Shown here: positions 1 to 10,507 of the stretch, piece after piece
Layout of the letters: every line of letters starts with the position of its first letter
Numbering within the stretch: position 1 is the stretch's first letter
Source: Lysobacterales bacterium
GTDB taxonomy: Bacteria; Pseudomonadota; Gammaproteobacteria; Xanthomonadales; SZUA-5
Assembly (NCBI GenBank): GCA_022844165.1
Contig: JALHMH010000009.1
Coordinates: 67,411-131,410 of the forward strand
DNA: 64,000 nt
Direction of reading: 5' to 3'
The notes under the pieces: generated by a model
The model's database searches: none
Told to the model about the DNA's origin: nothing
The model's input: the letters and a program-made list of their open reading frames with translations, nothing else
Made by a program: the position numbers and the translations under genes

Positions 1-1277
1 TCGATTTGATCATGGACGGCGGCGAATGCCGCGGCGTGCTGGCGTGGGATCTGGCGTCTGGCACATTGCACGCGTTCCACTCGCACCTGGTGGTGCTCGC
101 GACCGGCGGTTACGGCCGCGCGTACTTGACGTGCACTTCCGCGCACACCTGCACGGGCGACGGCAATGGCATGGTGCTGCGGGCCGGTCTGCCGCTGCAA
201 GACATGGAGTTCGTGCAGTTCCATCCCACGGGCGTGTTCGGCGCGGGCTGCCTGATCACTGAAGGCGTGCGCGGCGAAGGCGGATATCTGACCAATGCGA
301 AGGGCGAGCGCTTCATGGAACGCTACGCGCCGAACGCCAAAGACCTGGCGTCGCGCGATGTGGTTTCGCGGGCAATGACGATCGAAGTGCGCGAGGGTCG
401 GGGCGTCGGCTCCGGCGCCGATCATATCCACCTGCATCTGGAACATCTCGGCCCCGAGGTGATCCACGAGCGCCTTCCTGGCATTGCCGAAACGGCGCGC
501 ATTTTTGCCGGTGTCGATGTCGCGAAAGAACCCATACCAGTGCTGCCCACCGTGCACTACAACATGGGCGGCATCCCAACCAACTATCGCGGCGAGGTGG
601 TGCGCCCTACGCCCGGCAATCCGGACACCGTGGTGCCAGGTTTGATGGCGATCGGCGAAGCCGCGTGCGTATCGGTGCATGGCGCCAATCGCCTGGGTTC
701 CAATTCGCTGCTGGATCTGGTGGTGTTCGGTCGCGCCGCGGCCATTCGCGCCGCAGAAGTGGTGAAACCCGGCGCCACACACAAGGAATTGCCTGTCAGC
801 GCCTACGATGCAGCACTCAGCAACTTCGACCAGTTGCGCCACGCCAAGGGTTCGTTGCCGACGGCGGATATCCGCCTCAACATGCAGCGCGTCATGCAGA
901 ACGATGCCGCCGTGTTCCGCACCGGCGAGTCGCTGCGCGATGGCTGCCAGAAGATGAGCCGGGTCAATGCGAGTTTCGGCGACGTGCGCGTGGCCGATCG
1001 TTCGTTGATCTGGAATACCGACCTGGTTGAAACGCTGGAACTGCAGAATCTGCTGGGCTGCGCGCTGTCGACCATTTATTCGGCCGAACATCGCCCCGAG
1101 AGTCGCGGCGCACATGCGCGCGAAGACTTCAAGGACCGCGACGACGAGAACTGGATGAAGCACACCCTCTCGTATGTCGACGCCAAGGGCAACGTCAGCT
1201 TCGACTATCGCCCGGTGCATTTGTACACGTTGACCGATGAAGTGAAAGCCGTGCCGCCGAAGGCGCGGACATATTGA
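1..1277 (+). CDS. sdhA: Succinate dehydrogenase flavoprotein subunit (5'-truncated by window edge)
   Basis: Motifs [45 protein letters not shown]; directly followed by sdhB. Confidence 0.97.
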   Translation, partial: DLIMDGGECRGVLAWDLASGTLHAFHSHLVVLATGGYGRAYLTCTSAHTCTGDGNGMVLRAGLPLQDMEFVQFHPTGVFGAGCLITEGVRGEGGYLTNAKGERFMERYAPNAKDLASRDVVSRAMTIEVREGRGVGSGADHIHLHLEHLGPEVIHERLPGIAETARIFAGVDVAKEPIPVLPTVHYNMGGIPTNYRGEVVRPTPGNPDTVVPGLMAIGEAACVSVHGANRLGSNSLLDLVVFGRAAAIRAAEVVKPGATHKELPVSAYDAALSNFDQLRHAKGSLPTADIRLNMQRVMQNDAAVFRTGESLRDGCQKMSRVNASFGDVRVADRSLIWNTDLVETLELQNLLGCALSTIYSAEHRPESRGAHAREDFKDRDDENWMKHTLSYVDAKGNVSFDYRPVHLYTLTDEVKAVPPKARTY

Positions 1278-1358
1278 TGTGCACCCTCACCCGCCGGGAC
1301 GGCAGCGGGCGTTGATTGAGCTTTGAAACAACTATTGATCCGATAAAGCGCGACTCAA

Positions 1359-2138
1359 ATGGCCAATTTCACGCTACCGAAAAACTCCAAGGTCAAGTCC
1401 GGCAAGCATCATGCTGGCAAGGGTGGCGAAAAACAGCGCCGCTTCAAGGTGTATCGCTACGATCCAGATGGCGATGAGAATCCGCGCACCGACACCTTCG
1501 ATGTCGACTTGGCCAGCTGCGGACCGATGGTGCTTGACGCGTTGATCAAGATCAAGAACGAGATCGACCCTACGCTGACGTTCCGCCGCTCGTGCCGCGA
1601 GGGCATTTGTGGATCGTGCGCGATGAACATCGATGGCACGAACACGCTGGCCTGTACCAAAGCGATTTGCGACGTCAAAGGCGAGGTCAGGATTTACCCG
1701 CTGCCGCACCTGCCGGTGATCAAGGACCTGGTGCCGGATCTGACGCATTTCTACGCACAATACGCCTCGATCAAACCGTGGATTCGCGCCAGTGCGCCGC
1801 CGCCAGATCGTGAGCGCCTGCAATCGCCAGAAGACCGCAAAAAAATCGATGGCTTGTACGAGTGCATTCTGTGCGCCTGCTGCAGTACCTCGTGTCCGAG
1901 TTATTGGTGGAACGGCGATCGTTACCTCGGACCAGCAATTCTGTTGCAGGCGTATCGCTGGATTGTCGATAGCCGCGACGAAGACACCGGCGCGCGATTG
2001 GATGATTTGGAAGACCCCTTCCGCCTGTATCGCTGCCACACGATCATGAACTGCGCGAAGACCTGCCCCAAAGGCCTCAACCCAGCGAAGGCGATCGCGG
2101 AAATCAAGAAGGCAATGGTCGCTCGCCGGTCGCTTTGA
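1359..2138 (+). CDS. sdhB: Succinate dehydrogenase iron-sulfur subunit
   Basis: [22 protein letters not shown] and [12 protein letters not shown] Fe-S motifs. Confidence 0.98.
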   Translation: MANFTLPKNSKVKSGKHHAGKGGEKQRRFKVYRYDPDGDENPRTDTFDVDLASCGPMVLDALIKIKNEIDPTLTFRRSCREGICGSCAMNIDGTNTLACTKAICDVKGEVRIYPLPHLPVIKDLVPDLTHFYAQYASIKPWIRASAPPPDRERLQSPEDRKKIDGLYECILCACCSTSCPSYWWNGDRYLGPAILLQAYRWIVDSRDEDTGARLDDLEDPFRLYRCHTIMNCAKTCPKGLNPAKAIAEIKKAMVARRSL

Positions 2139-2262
2139 TTTGGCACATGCGTGGGTTGACCGGTTGGTGGTTTGTGTTGTCACCAGGACGTGCGGCGCGT
2201 CCTTGACGGAGCCGGATCTGTTCATTTGAGTCAAATTTTCTGCGCAGCGGCTTTGGCAGTTG

Positions 2263-2380
2263 AAGCCCCCTTGAGTACAAGGGGGCGATTGAGCGCGCAG
2301 CGCTCAATGGGGGTTTTGGCAAGTACGGTGTCTGGCGAAGCCAACAATGCTCGGCGGTCTGAGGCGAAGCCTCGCTAGAG
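2263..2380. repeat. Dispersed palindromic intergenic repeat, copy 1
   Basis: Hairpins GCCCCCTTG/CAAGGGGGC, ATTGAGCG/CGCTCAAT and GAGGC-GAA-GCCTC; closely similar to 24344-24440. Confidence 0.75.
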
Positions 2381-2424
2381 CTACCACTCAGCGCATGAGA
2401 CTGCTATGCTCCCGCTCCTCTTTT

Positions 2425-2499
2425 GGGCGCATAGCTCAGCGGTAGAGCACTACCTTGACATGGTAGGGGTCACAGGTTCGATCCCTGTTGCGCCCACCA
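2425..2499 (+). tRNA. tRNA-Val (anticodon GAC)
   Basis: Acceptor stem GGGCGCA/TGCGCCC, D arm, anticodon arm CTACC-TTGACAT-GGTAG, GGTTCGATCC T loop, encoded CCA. Confidence 0.97.
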
Positions 2500-2539
2500 A
2501 AAGACAGCCAGGCAACATCGCACCAGCACGAGGTGGCAC

Positions 2540-2569
2540 ATGCGCACTACGACGATGGCAATTCACTAA
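2540..2569 (+). CDS. Putative thrS leader peptide MRTTTMAIH
   Basis: GAGGTGG Shine-Dalgarno just upstream; three consecutive Thr codons (ACT ACG ACG); followed by a terminator before thrS. Confidence 0.7.
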   Translation: MRTTTMAIH

Positions 2570-2593
2570 CGTCCGAGCTTCCTCGTATTGCAC

Positions 2594-2617
2594 AAAAGGC
2601 GCTCGGCGCCTTTTTTT
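2594..2617 (+). terminator. Intrinsic terminator of the putative thrS attenuator
   Basis: AAAAGGCGC-TCG-GCGCCTTTTTTT; CCGAGC at 2573-2578 can pair with GCTCGG at 2601-2606 as an alternative. Confidence 0.75.
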
Positions 2618-2642
2618 GTGCCCGCATTTGGAGTCAAGAAAC

Positions 2643-4574
2643 ATGATCAATGTGCAACTTCCCGATGGATCGGTGCGCTCTTTCGAGCAAGCGATCTCGG
2701 TGGGCGGCGTGGCTGCGAGCATTGGCGCGGGATTGGCCAAAGCGGCGCTCGCCGGCAAGGTCGACGGCAAGTTGGTCGACACCAGTTTTTCGATCGATCA
2801 CGACGTCAAACTGGAAATCGTCACCGAAAAACACCCCGATGCACTCGACATTGTGCGCCATTCGAGCGCGCACTTGCTGGCGCAGGCGACGCAGCGACTA
2901 TTCCCTGGCGCGCAGGTGACCATCGGCCCGGTGGTCGACAATGGCTTCTACTATGATTTTGCGTACGACCGCGCGTTTACGCCCGACGATCTGCAGAAAA
3001 TTGAAGCGGAGATGGCAAAAATCGTCGCCGAGGCGCTGCCCGTCCAACGCAGCGTGATGGGCAAAGACGATGCCATTGCCTTCTTCAAGGACAAAGGCGA
3101 GCTTTTTAAGGCCGAGATCATCGACGACATCATCCCACCGGGCGAGGAAATCTCGTTGTATGGCCAGGGCGAGTGGATCGATTTGTGTCGCGGCCCCCAT
3201 GTGCCGAACACGAACAAACTCGGTGCCTTCAAACTGATGAAAGTGGCCGGCGCCTATTGGCGCGGCGATTCGAAGAACCAGCAATTGCAGCGTGTGTATG
3301 GCACCGCCTGGCTCAACAAAAAGGATCTGCAGGCCTATTTGACGCAACTGGAAGAAGCCGAGAAGCGCGACCATCGCAAACTTGGCAAACAGCTCGATTT
3401 GTTCCACATGCAAGACGAAGCGCCGGGACTCGTGTTCTGGCATCCCAAGGGATGGGCACTTTGGCAGCAGGTGGAGCAGTACATGCGCCGCGTTTACCGC
3501 GAGAACGGTTATCAGGAGGTGCGAGGCCCGCAGATCCTGGATCGCACGCTCTGGGAAAAGTCCGGGCATTGGGAAAACTTCCAGGACAACATGTTCACGA
3601 CCCACTCGGAAAACCGCGATTACGCGGTCAAGCCGATGAACTGTCCTGGACATGTTCAGATCTACAACCACGGGTTGCACAGCTACCGCGAACTGCCGCT
3701 GCGTTACGGCGAGTTCGGTGCCTGCCATCGCAACGAACCGTCTGGCGCACTGCACGGCATCATGCGCGTGCGCGGCTTTACCCAGGACGACGGCCACATC
3801 TTCTGCACCGAGGATCAGATTCAGTCTGAGGTGATGGCGTTCATTGCGTTGTTGCGATGCGTTTATCGCGATTTCGGCTTCACCGAGATCTTGTACAAAC
3901 TGTCCACACGCCCAGAGAAGCGGGTGGGCTCAGATGAGATTTGGGACAAAGCCGAGTTGGCGCTGAAGACTGCGCTGGAAAGCGACGGCATCGACTACCA
4001 GTTGCAACCCGGCGAGGGTGCGTTTTATGGTCCCAAGATCGAATTCACGCTCAAAGACGCGATTGGAAGATTGTGGCAGTGCGGAACGGTTCAGGTCGAT
4101 TTTTCCATGCCTTCTCGTCTGGGCGCTGAGTACGTCGCAGAAGACTCCAGCAGACGCGTTCCAGTAATGCTGCATCGGGCCATTTTGGGCTCTCTGGAGC
4201 GCTTTATCGGCATTCTGATCGAGAACCACGCGGGCGCGCTGCCGGCATGGTTGGCACCGGTGCAAGCGGTGGTCATGGGCATCACCGATGCCCAGGCTGA
4301 ATACGTCTCGCAAGTGACGAAAAGCTTGTCGGATCAAGAGTTCCGGGTCACAAGCGACTTGAGGAATGAGAAGGTCGGCTATAAAATCCGCGAACACACG
4401 CTGATGAAGGTTCCTTTCCTCTTGGTCGCAGGGGAGCGCGAAAAAGAGACAGGGAGCATTTCTGTCCGCCGTAGAACCGGGGAAGATCTGGGCGTCATGC
4501 CGCTTGCGGCTTTCGTCGATTTGCTGCGTCGTGAGCTGGCTGAAAGGGCCAGTGCGGTGCCGATAACGCATTGA
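2643..4574 (+). CDS. thrS: Threonine--tRNA ligase
   Basis: TGS-domain start [10 protein letters not shown] at 2643 with GGAG RBS; [24 protein letters not shown] motifs. The ORF-track start at 2406 overlaps the tRNA and is not the true start. Confidence 0.98.
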   Translation: MINVQLPDGSVRSFEQAISVGGVAASIGAGLAKAALAGKVDGKLVDTSFSIDHDVKLEIVTEKHPDALDIVRHSSAHLLAQATQRLFPGAQVTIGPVVDNGFYYDFAYDRAFTPDDLQKIEAEMAKIVAEALPVQRSVMGKDDAIAFFKDKGELFKAEIIDDIIPPGEEISLYGQGEWIDLCRGPHVPNTNKLGAFKLMKVAGAYWRGDSKNQQLQRVYGTAWLNKKDLQAYLTQLEEAEKRDHRKLGKQLDLFHMQDEAPGLVFWHPKGWALWQQVEQYMRRVYRENGYQEVRGPQILDRTLWEKSGHWENFQDNMFTTHSENRDYAVKPMNCPGHVQIYNHGLHSYRELPLRYGEFGACHRNEPSGALHGIMRVRGFTQDDGHIFCTEDQIQSEVMAFIALLRCVYRDFGFTEILYKLSTRPEKRVGSDEIWDKAELALKTALESDGIDYQLQPGEGAFYGPKIEFTLKDAIGRLWQCGTVQVDFSMPSRLGAEYVAEDSSRRVPVMLHRAILGSLERFIGILIENHAGALPAWLAPVQAVVMGITDAQAEYVSQVTKSLSDQEFRVTSDLRNEKVGYKIREHTLMKVPFLLVAGEREKETGSISVRRRTGEDLGVMPLAAFVDLLRRELAERASAVPITH

Positions 4575-4603
4575 TCGGTTTAGAAAATCAAGGAGTCGCC
4601 GCC

Positions 4604-5134
4604 ATAGCTGTCTTGGAACGCCCCACCCGGAAGAACGAGGAAATTCGTGTCCCGCAAATTCGCGTGATTGGCCCCGATGGAGAACAGGTTGGGGTGCTGT
4701 CGCGCTACGATGCACTGCAAATGGCGCAGGACGCGGAATTGGACTTGGTTGAGATCGTGCCTAACGCGGACCCACCGGTCTGCCGCATCATGGATTTTGG
4801 CAAGTACAAGTTCGAACTGCAGAAAAAGGCCAATTTGGCCAAGAAGAAGCAGAAGCAGATCGAAATCAAGGAAATGAAGTTCCGGCCGGGCACCGACGAC
4901 GGCGACTACCAAGTCAAGATGCGCGCGATTCGGCGCTTCTTGGAGGAAGGCGACAAGGTCAAAATTAACTTACGCTTTCGTGGCCGCGAGTTGGCGCATA
5001 TCAATATCGGCGATGCGATGCTCAACCGCATCGAAAACGAGTTGAAAGAAGATGCGGTGATCGAACAACGATCGCGCATGGAAGGTCGGGTCATGAGCAT
5101 GATGCTCGCCCCGAAAAAGAAAGTGCAGGCCTGA
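4604..5134 (+). CDS. infC: Translation initiation factor IF-3 (probable ATA start)
   Basis: KNEEIR, DLVEI..ADPPVCRIMDFGKY, GDKVK..LRFRGRE; AGGAG at 4591-4595 precedes an in-frame ATA at 4604. Confidence 0.95.
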   Translation: MAVLERPTRKNEEIRVPQIRVIGPDGEQVGVLSRYDALQMAQDAELDLVEIVPNADPPVCRIMDFGKYKFELQKKANLAKKKQKQIEIKEMKFRPGTDDGDYQVKMRAIRRFLEEGDKVKINLRFRGRELAHINIGDAMLNRIENELKEDAVIEQRSRMEGRVMSMMLAPKKKVQA

Positions 5135-5227
5135 TCGCCTGCCGCCGGCGCTTTACGGCGCCGGCTGGTGAGTGGAGTTTAGATTTCACTTACTCCCCCG
5201 ATCCGCGCTCGCGTGGACGGGACCAAA

Positions 5228-5300
5228 AGCTCAGTGATGAGCTGCTTGTCGTCTTGGGTAAGGATCAGGAAAGCATCCGTTCGCGGATCACCCAAGCGGC
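5228..5300 (+). promoter_or_regulatory. Structured leader upstream of rpmI-rplT (candidate L20 feedback element)
   Basis: AGCTCA-GTGA-TGAGCT (GNRA loop); CTTGGGT/ACCCAAG stem enclosing ATCCG-TTCG-CGGAT. Confidence 0.5.
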
Positions 5301-5329
5301 CTAAAGAGAGAGTAAAAGGACTTAACGTT

Positions 5330-5527
5330 ATGCCAAAGATGAAAACCAACCGGGCGGCGGCTAAACGCTTCCGCAAAACCGGCTCTGGCAAGTTCAAGTG
5401 CGGACACGCCTTCAAGAGCCACATCCTGACCAAGAAGTCGACCAAGCGCAAACGTAATCTGCGCGGCCCCAATCACGTGCGCAAAGAAGACGCTGGTCGC
5501 GTCGCGCGCATGATGCCGTACGCGTAA
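5330..5527 (+). CDS. rpmI: 50S ribosomal protein L35
   Basis: [21 protein letters not shown]...HILTKK; lies between infC and rplT. Confidence 0.97.
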   Translation: MPKMKTNRAAAKRFRKTGSGKFKCGHAFKSHILTKKSTKRKRNLRGPNHVRKEDAGRVARMMPYA

Positions 5528-5538
5528 GGAGACGACAC

Positions 5539-5892
5539 ATGGCACGAGTCAAGAAGGGTGTAACGGCGCGTCGTCGCCACAAAAAACTACTGTCGCGCGC
5601 GAAGGGCTATTACAACGCCCGTCGCAAGGTGTATCGCGTCGCCAAACAAGCGGTCACCAAGGCGCTGCAATACGCCTATATCGGCCGCAAGCGCAAAAAA
5701 CGCGACTATCGCTCGCTGTGGATTGTGCGTATTAACGCGGCAGCACGTCTGTGCGGTTTGTCCTACAGCCGACTGATCAATGGCCTGTCCAAGGCTGGGA
5801 TCAAGATCGATCGTAAGGTGCTCGCCGATCTGGCGGTGCATGACATGACGGCGTTTACGGCCATCGCCGAACAGGCGAAAGCGAAGCTTTAG
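5539..5892 (+). CDS. rplT: 50S ribosomal protein L20
   Basis: [39 protein letters not shown]. Confidence 0.98.
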   Translation: MARVKKGVTARRRHKKLLSRAKGYYNARRKVYRVAKQAVTKALQYAYIGRKRKKRDYRSLWIVRINAAARLCGLSYSRLINGLSKAGIKIDRKVLADLAVHDMTAFTAIAEQAKAKL

Positions 5893-5957
5893 GGTGGTGA
5901 TTGATGGTTCGCGGTTGCTGGATTACGTTCCAGAAACCCCGGTCCAATGTCGTAGCC

Positions 5958-5992
5958 ACAAACGGCGGGGCTTGCCCCGCCGTTTGTTTTTT
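5958..5992 (+). terminator. Intrinsic terminator after rplT
   Basis: ACAAACGGCGGGG-CTTG-CCCCGCCGTTTGT followed by a T run. Confidence 0.8.
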
Positions 5993-6072
5993 AAAGTGCG
6001 GCGCAAATCGTATTGACCGGCTTGCCCAGACGGTCAGGCGCAACGTTCGGTGCGCCGCCCCCCCTGACTTGA

Positions 6073-7092
<1,020 letters not shown>

Positions 7093-7260
7093 AGTGGCGA
7101 TCGGTAGATTCTGCGACACTCTTGGCCAACACGAGCGCGCGGACGATTTCGCCGTGGGTTGAGCAGACGCTTTCCCTGCAAGCTGCGAGATCCGGCCAGC
7201 AAAGCCCGCGTCGCTGACGCCATGTACAATGAGCGCTCCTTATGCTCAGGTAGCGCGCCA

Positions 7261-7734
7261 ATGTCTGTCGCTCACGAAGCCCTGATCCGTCGCTTCTACG
7301 ATGCGTTTGCGCGCCGCGATGCCGAAGCGATGTCCGCTTGTTATCACACCGATGCGCGATTCTCAGATCCGGCATTCCCGTCGCTGAAGGGTGCCGAGAT
7401 CGGCGATATGTGGCGAATGTTGTGCAGCCGCGCGCAGCAGTTCTCGCTCGAATACTCGAACGTCTCAGCAAGTGGCGATCGTGGCTCGGCGCATTGGGAG
7501 CCGCGTTATCTTTTCAGCAAGACCGGGCGCGTCGTGCATAACATCATCGATGCACAGTTTCGCTTTGCCGACGGCTTGATCATCGAACACACCGATATGT
7601 TCGACTTTTGGCGCTGGAGCCGACAGGCTCTCGGCCCACCCGGATGGCTGCTTGGGTGGTCTGGGTTCATGCGCAATAAAGTGCAGGCCGAAGCCGCCAA
7701 GGGTCTGCGCGCGTTCCGCGGCAAGGGCTCATGA
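7261..7734 (+). CDS. NTF2/SnoaL-like family protein
   Basis: LIRRFYDAFARRDAEAMSACYH..ARFSDPAF, HTDMFDFWRWSRQALG; start moved to ATG 7261. Confidence 0.85.
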   Translation: MSVAHEALIRRFYDAFARRDAEAMSACYHTDARFSDPAFPSLKGAEIGDMWRMLCSRAQQFSLEYSNVSASGDRGSAHWEPRYLFSKTGRVVHNIIDAQFRFADGLIIEHTDMFDFWRWSRQALGPPGWLLGWSGFMRNKVQAEAAKGLRAFRGKGS

Positions 7735-8330
7735 GCACCTCTGGGCCTGAGGAAATTACACTGCTGATCGCGGACGCGCAGGCCGGCAGTGCGCCGGCGC
7801 AAGAGAAGCTCTATGCGCACGTCTACCGAGAGTTGCACCGTCTGGCCGAGCGCCAACTGCGTGGCGATCGCGATCACGGCGGGGCAACGTCGCTGGTCCA
7901 TGAAGCCTACTTTCGTTTGTCGCGTTCACCCGGCAGCTTTAATGATCGGCAGCACTTTTTCGCCACTGCGGCGCGTGCGATGCGGCAGATTTTGATCGAC
8001 CGCGCACGCGAACGGCTCGCCGAGCGACGCGGGGGCGGTGCCCGGGTCGAGTCGCTGGACGGCCTGGCTATGGACATCGCGGTCGCCGGCGGCGATGAGG
8101 AGTTGTTGGCGCTCAATCAAGCGCTCGATCAGTTGGGTGTGCTCGACGCCCGCCTGGCACAGGTGGTCGAAATGCGCTTCTTCGGTGGCCTGGAGCTAAC
8201 CGAAATTGCGCCGTTGCTGCAAGTCTCCGAACGCACGCTGAAACGCGACTGGCGTCGCGCGCGAGCGTTTTTGTACGACGCGCTGGGCGACAAAGCGCCG
8301 ATCGGCGCGGATGCCGATGCCGGCGATTGA
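7731..8330 (+). CDS. ECF sigma factor, kinase-associated type (ECF43/TIGR02999-like)
   Basis: EITLLI, YRELHRLA, ATSLVHEAY, AARAMRQILIDRAR, VEMRFFGGL, TLKRDWRRARAFL; overlaps the downstream kinase. Confidence 0.9.
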   Translation: MSTSGPEEITLLIADAQAGSAPAQEKLYAHVYRELHRLAERQLRGDRDHGGATSLVHEAYFRLSRSPGSFNDRQHFFATAARAMRQILIDRARERLAERRGGGARVESLDGLAMDIAVAGGDEELLALNQALDQLGVLDARLAQVVEMRFFGGLELTEIAPLLQVSERTLKRDWRRARAFLYDALGDKAPIGADADAGD

Positions 8331-9642
8331 GGCCGATTGGAAGACAGTGTCCGATGCGTTCGACCGAATCGTCGAACTGCAGGATGACGAGCGACAACTG
8401 GCACTCCGCGGGCTACCCGAGAGTTTGCGCAGCCGCGTTCAGCGGCTGCTCGACGCCGATGCGCGCGAAGCCGGAATGCTCGAACAACGCGAAGAAGTTC
8501 TCGCGCCCATCGCCGCCGGTGCGACGCCCGTGCTTGGCGCGGGCTGGCGCATCGTCGAGTTGCTCGGCCGCGGCGGAATGGGCGAGGTTTGGCTCGCCGA
8601 ACGTTGCCAGGGTGACGTGACGCAACGTGTTGCCGTTAAACTGCTCAAACGCGGGATGGATTCGGACGGGGTGCTGCGACGGTTCTTGCAGGAACGGCGC
8701 ATTCTCGCAAAACTCGATCATCCGGCGATCGCGGGCTTGCGCGACGCTGGCATTGCCGAAGATGGTCGACCGTTTCTGGCGATGGACTATATCCAGGGCG
8801 AGCCGCTGATCGCCTACGCACGACGCCATAACCTGTCGCTGGCGCAACGGCTGGAGTTGCTCTCCGCGGTGGCGCGCGCTGTCGATCACGCGCACCGGCA
8901 GCTCATCGTGCATCGCGACTTAAAGCCGAGCAATGTCCTGGTCGATGATCGAGGCCAACCGCATCTACTGGACTTTGGCATCGCCAAAGTGCTTGCCGAC
9001 GACCCCGACGAGATCACCCTCACCATCACCGGTGTGCGCGTGTTGTCGCCGGCGTATGCCGCACCGGAGCAGGTGCGAGGCGAAGATGTCGGCGTCGCCG
9101 CCGATGTATTTGGCCTTGGGGTGCTGATGTATCAACTATTGGTGGGCCGCCTGCCGCATCAACGCAGCGGTCGTGTCGAACGATTGGCGGACGAAATCGC
9201 CAATGAGATTGCGCCATTGCCAAGCGCTGCGGCCGCCGCAGCCTGGTTGGCGGTACAGTCATCGCCCCTGAATGAGCGCGTGCCGTGGGCGCGAAACTTG
9301 CGCGGCGATCTCGACACCATCATGCTCAAAGCGATTCACCCTGAAGCACAGCGTCGTTATGCCTCGACAGCTGAATTGGCGGACGACATCGAACGTCACC
9401 GCCGCGGCCGTCCGATTTCCGCGCGCCCCGACAGTCGTTGGTATCGCTTCGCCAAGTTCGTTCATCGTCACCGCGTAGGCGTGCTGGCGGCCATTGCGGC
9501 AGTGCTGACGCTGATCGTGGCTATCGCGATCACGGCGGCACACCAGCAACATGCGATCGACCTGTTACGCGCCGAGAACGAGCGCTTGAAGGCAGAAATC
9601 GAAGCATTGCGGCAACCGAGGCCTAGCGCGATTCCACGATGA
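8311..9642 (+). CDS. Hanks-type Ser/Thr protein kinase with one C-terminal TM helix
   Basis: LGRGGMGEVW, VAVKLL, HRDLKPSN, DFGIAK, YAAPEQ; hydrophobic segment near the C-terminus. Confidence 0.93.
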   Translation: MPMPAIEADWKTVSDAFDRIVELQDDERQLALRGLPESLRSRVQRLLDADAREAGMLEQREEVLAPIAAGATPVLGAGWRIVELLGRGGMGEVWLAERCQGDVTQRVAVKLLKRGMDSDGVLRRFLQERRILAKLDHPAIAGLRDAGIAEDGRPFLAMDYIQGEPLIAYARRHNLSLAQRLELLSAVARAVDHAHRQLIVHRDLKPSNVLVDDRGQPHLLDFGIAKVLADDPDEITLTITGVRVLSPAYAAPEQVRGEDVGVAADVFGLGVLMYQLLVGRLPHQRSGRVERLADEIANEIAPLPSAAAAAAWLAVQSSPLNERVPWARNLRGDLDTIMLKAIHPEAQRRYASTAELADDIERHRRGRPISARPDSRWYRFAKFVHRHRVGVLAAIAAVLTLIVAIAITAAHQQHAIDLLRAENERLKAEIEALRQPRPSAIPR

Positions 9643-10507
9643 ACCTGCGGCGCGCGAGCACAGCCTCACGATGTGCGATATACGCGGTCGAAGCAAAAAT
9701 GATGACGGCGCCAAGTAAGGTGTATTCATCGATTGTCTCGCCGAACAGCCACCAACCGAACGCCGCCACGACCGGAAGTTGCATAAAGTTGATTGGCTGC
9801 AAGGCTGACACGTCGCCGACCTGGTACGCACGAGTCAACGCAAGATGTCCGAGCGTGCCCAACAGCCCCGTGGCGATTAACCACCACCATGTCTGGCCCG
9901 TCGGCCAGGTCCACACAGGTATCGCAGGCAGCAGCGAAAGTGGCGTCATGATCAATACCATGTAGATCACGATCGCGTCGGGCGCTTCGGTACGCGCCAG
10001 AAACTTGATGCTGATTGCAGCGCCAGCCGACAGCGCCGCCGAAAGCAACGCGATCATGGCAGCAAACGATATCGCTTCGACGCCCGGCCGGAGGATAACC
10101 AGCGCACCTAGAAAACCAATCACCACCGCACTCCAGCGCCGCGCGCGAACGACTTCGCCCAACACCAACACTGCACCAATGGTCACGAACAGCGGCGTTG
10201 TATAGCTCAGCGCAATAGCGTCGGCCAGCGGCATGTGCACCACCGACCAAAAGCCAGTGAGCATCGCGCAGAGCCCAATCAGACAGCGCAAAAAGTACAG
10301 CCCCCAGCGATCGGTTCTCAGAATGCGCGAGCCGGAGCGCAACAGCAGCGGCAAGGCAAAAGCGAGTCCGAAGAAATTGCGGAAAAACACCACTTCGAAC
10401 GCGTGGATATCGGCCGCAGCGAAGCGAATCGTCACAGCCATCAAGGCAAAGCACAGCGTGCTGCCAAGCATCAGCCAACCAGCACGCCACGCAAGTGAAG
10501 CACTCAT
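9623..10507 (-). CDS. DMT/EamA family transporter
   Basis: About ten hydrophobic segments in two EamA-like repeats (VLGEVV..RRW; LFGET). Confidence 0.9.
   Translation of the reverse strand: MSASLAWRAGWLMLGSTLCFALMAVTIRFAAADIHAFEVVFFRNFFGLAFALPLLLRSGSRILRTDRWGLYFLRCLIGLCAMLTGFWSVVHMPLADAIALSYTTPLFVTIGAVLVLGEVVRARRWSAVVIGFLGALVILRPGVEAISFAAMIALLSAALSAGAAISIKFLARTEAPDAIVIYMVLIMTPLSLLPAIPVWTWPTGQTWWWLIATGLLGTLGHLALTRAYQVGDVSALQPINFMQLPVVAAFGWWLFGETIDEYTLLGAVIIFASTAYIAHREAVLARRRFIVESR

Noticed and set aside
2425-2499. tRNA-Val as an integration site of a genomic island
   Set aside because: No integrase nearby and no duplicated tRNA 3' end seen in the window
2406-2642. N-terminal extension of ThrS in the ORF track
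   Set aside because: Runs through tRNA-Val and the attenuator; ThrS homology and the RBS start at 2643
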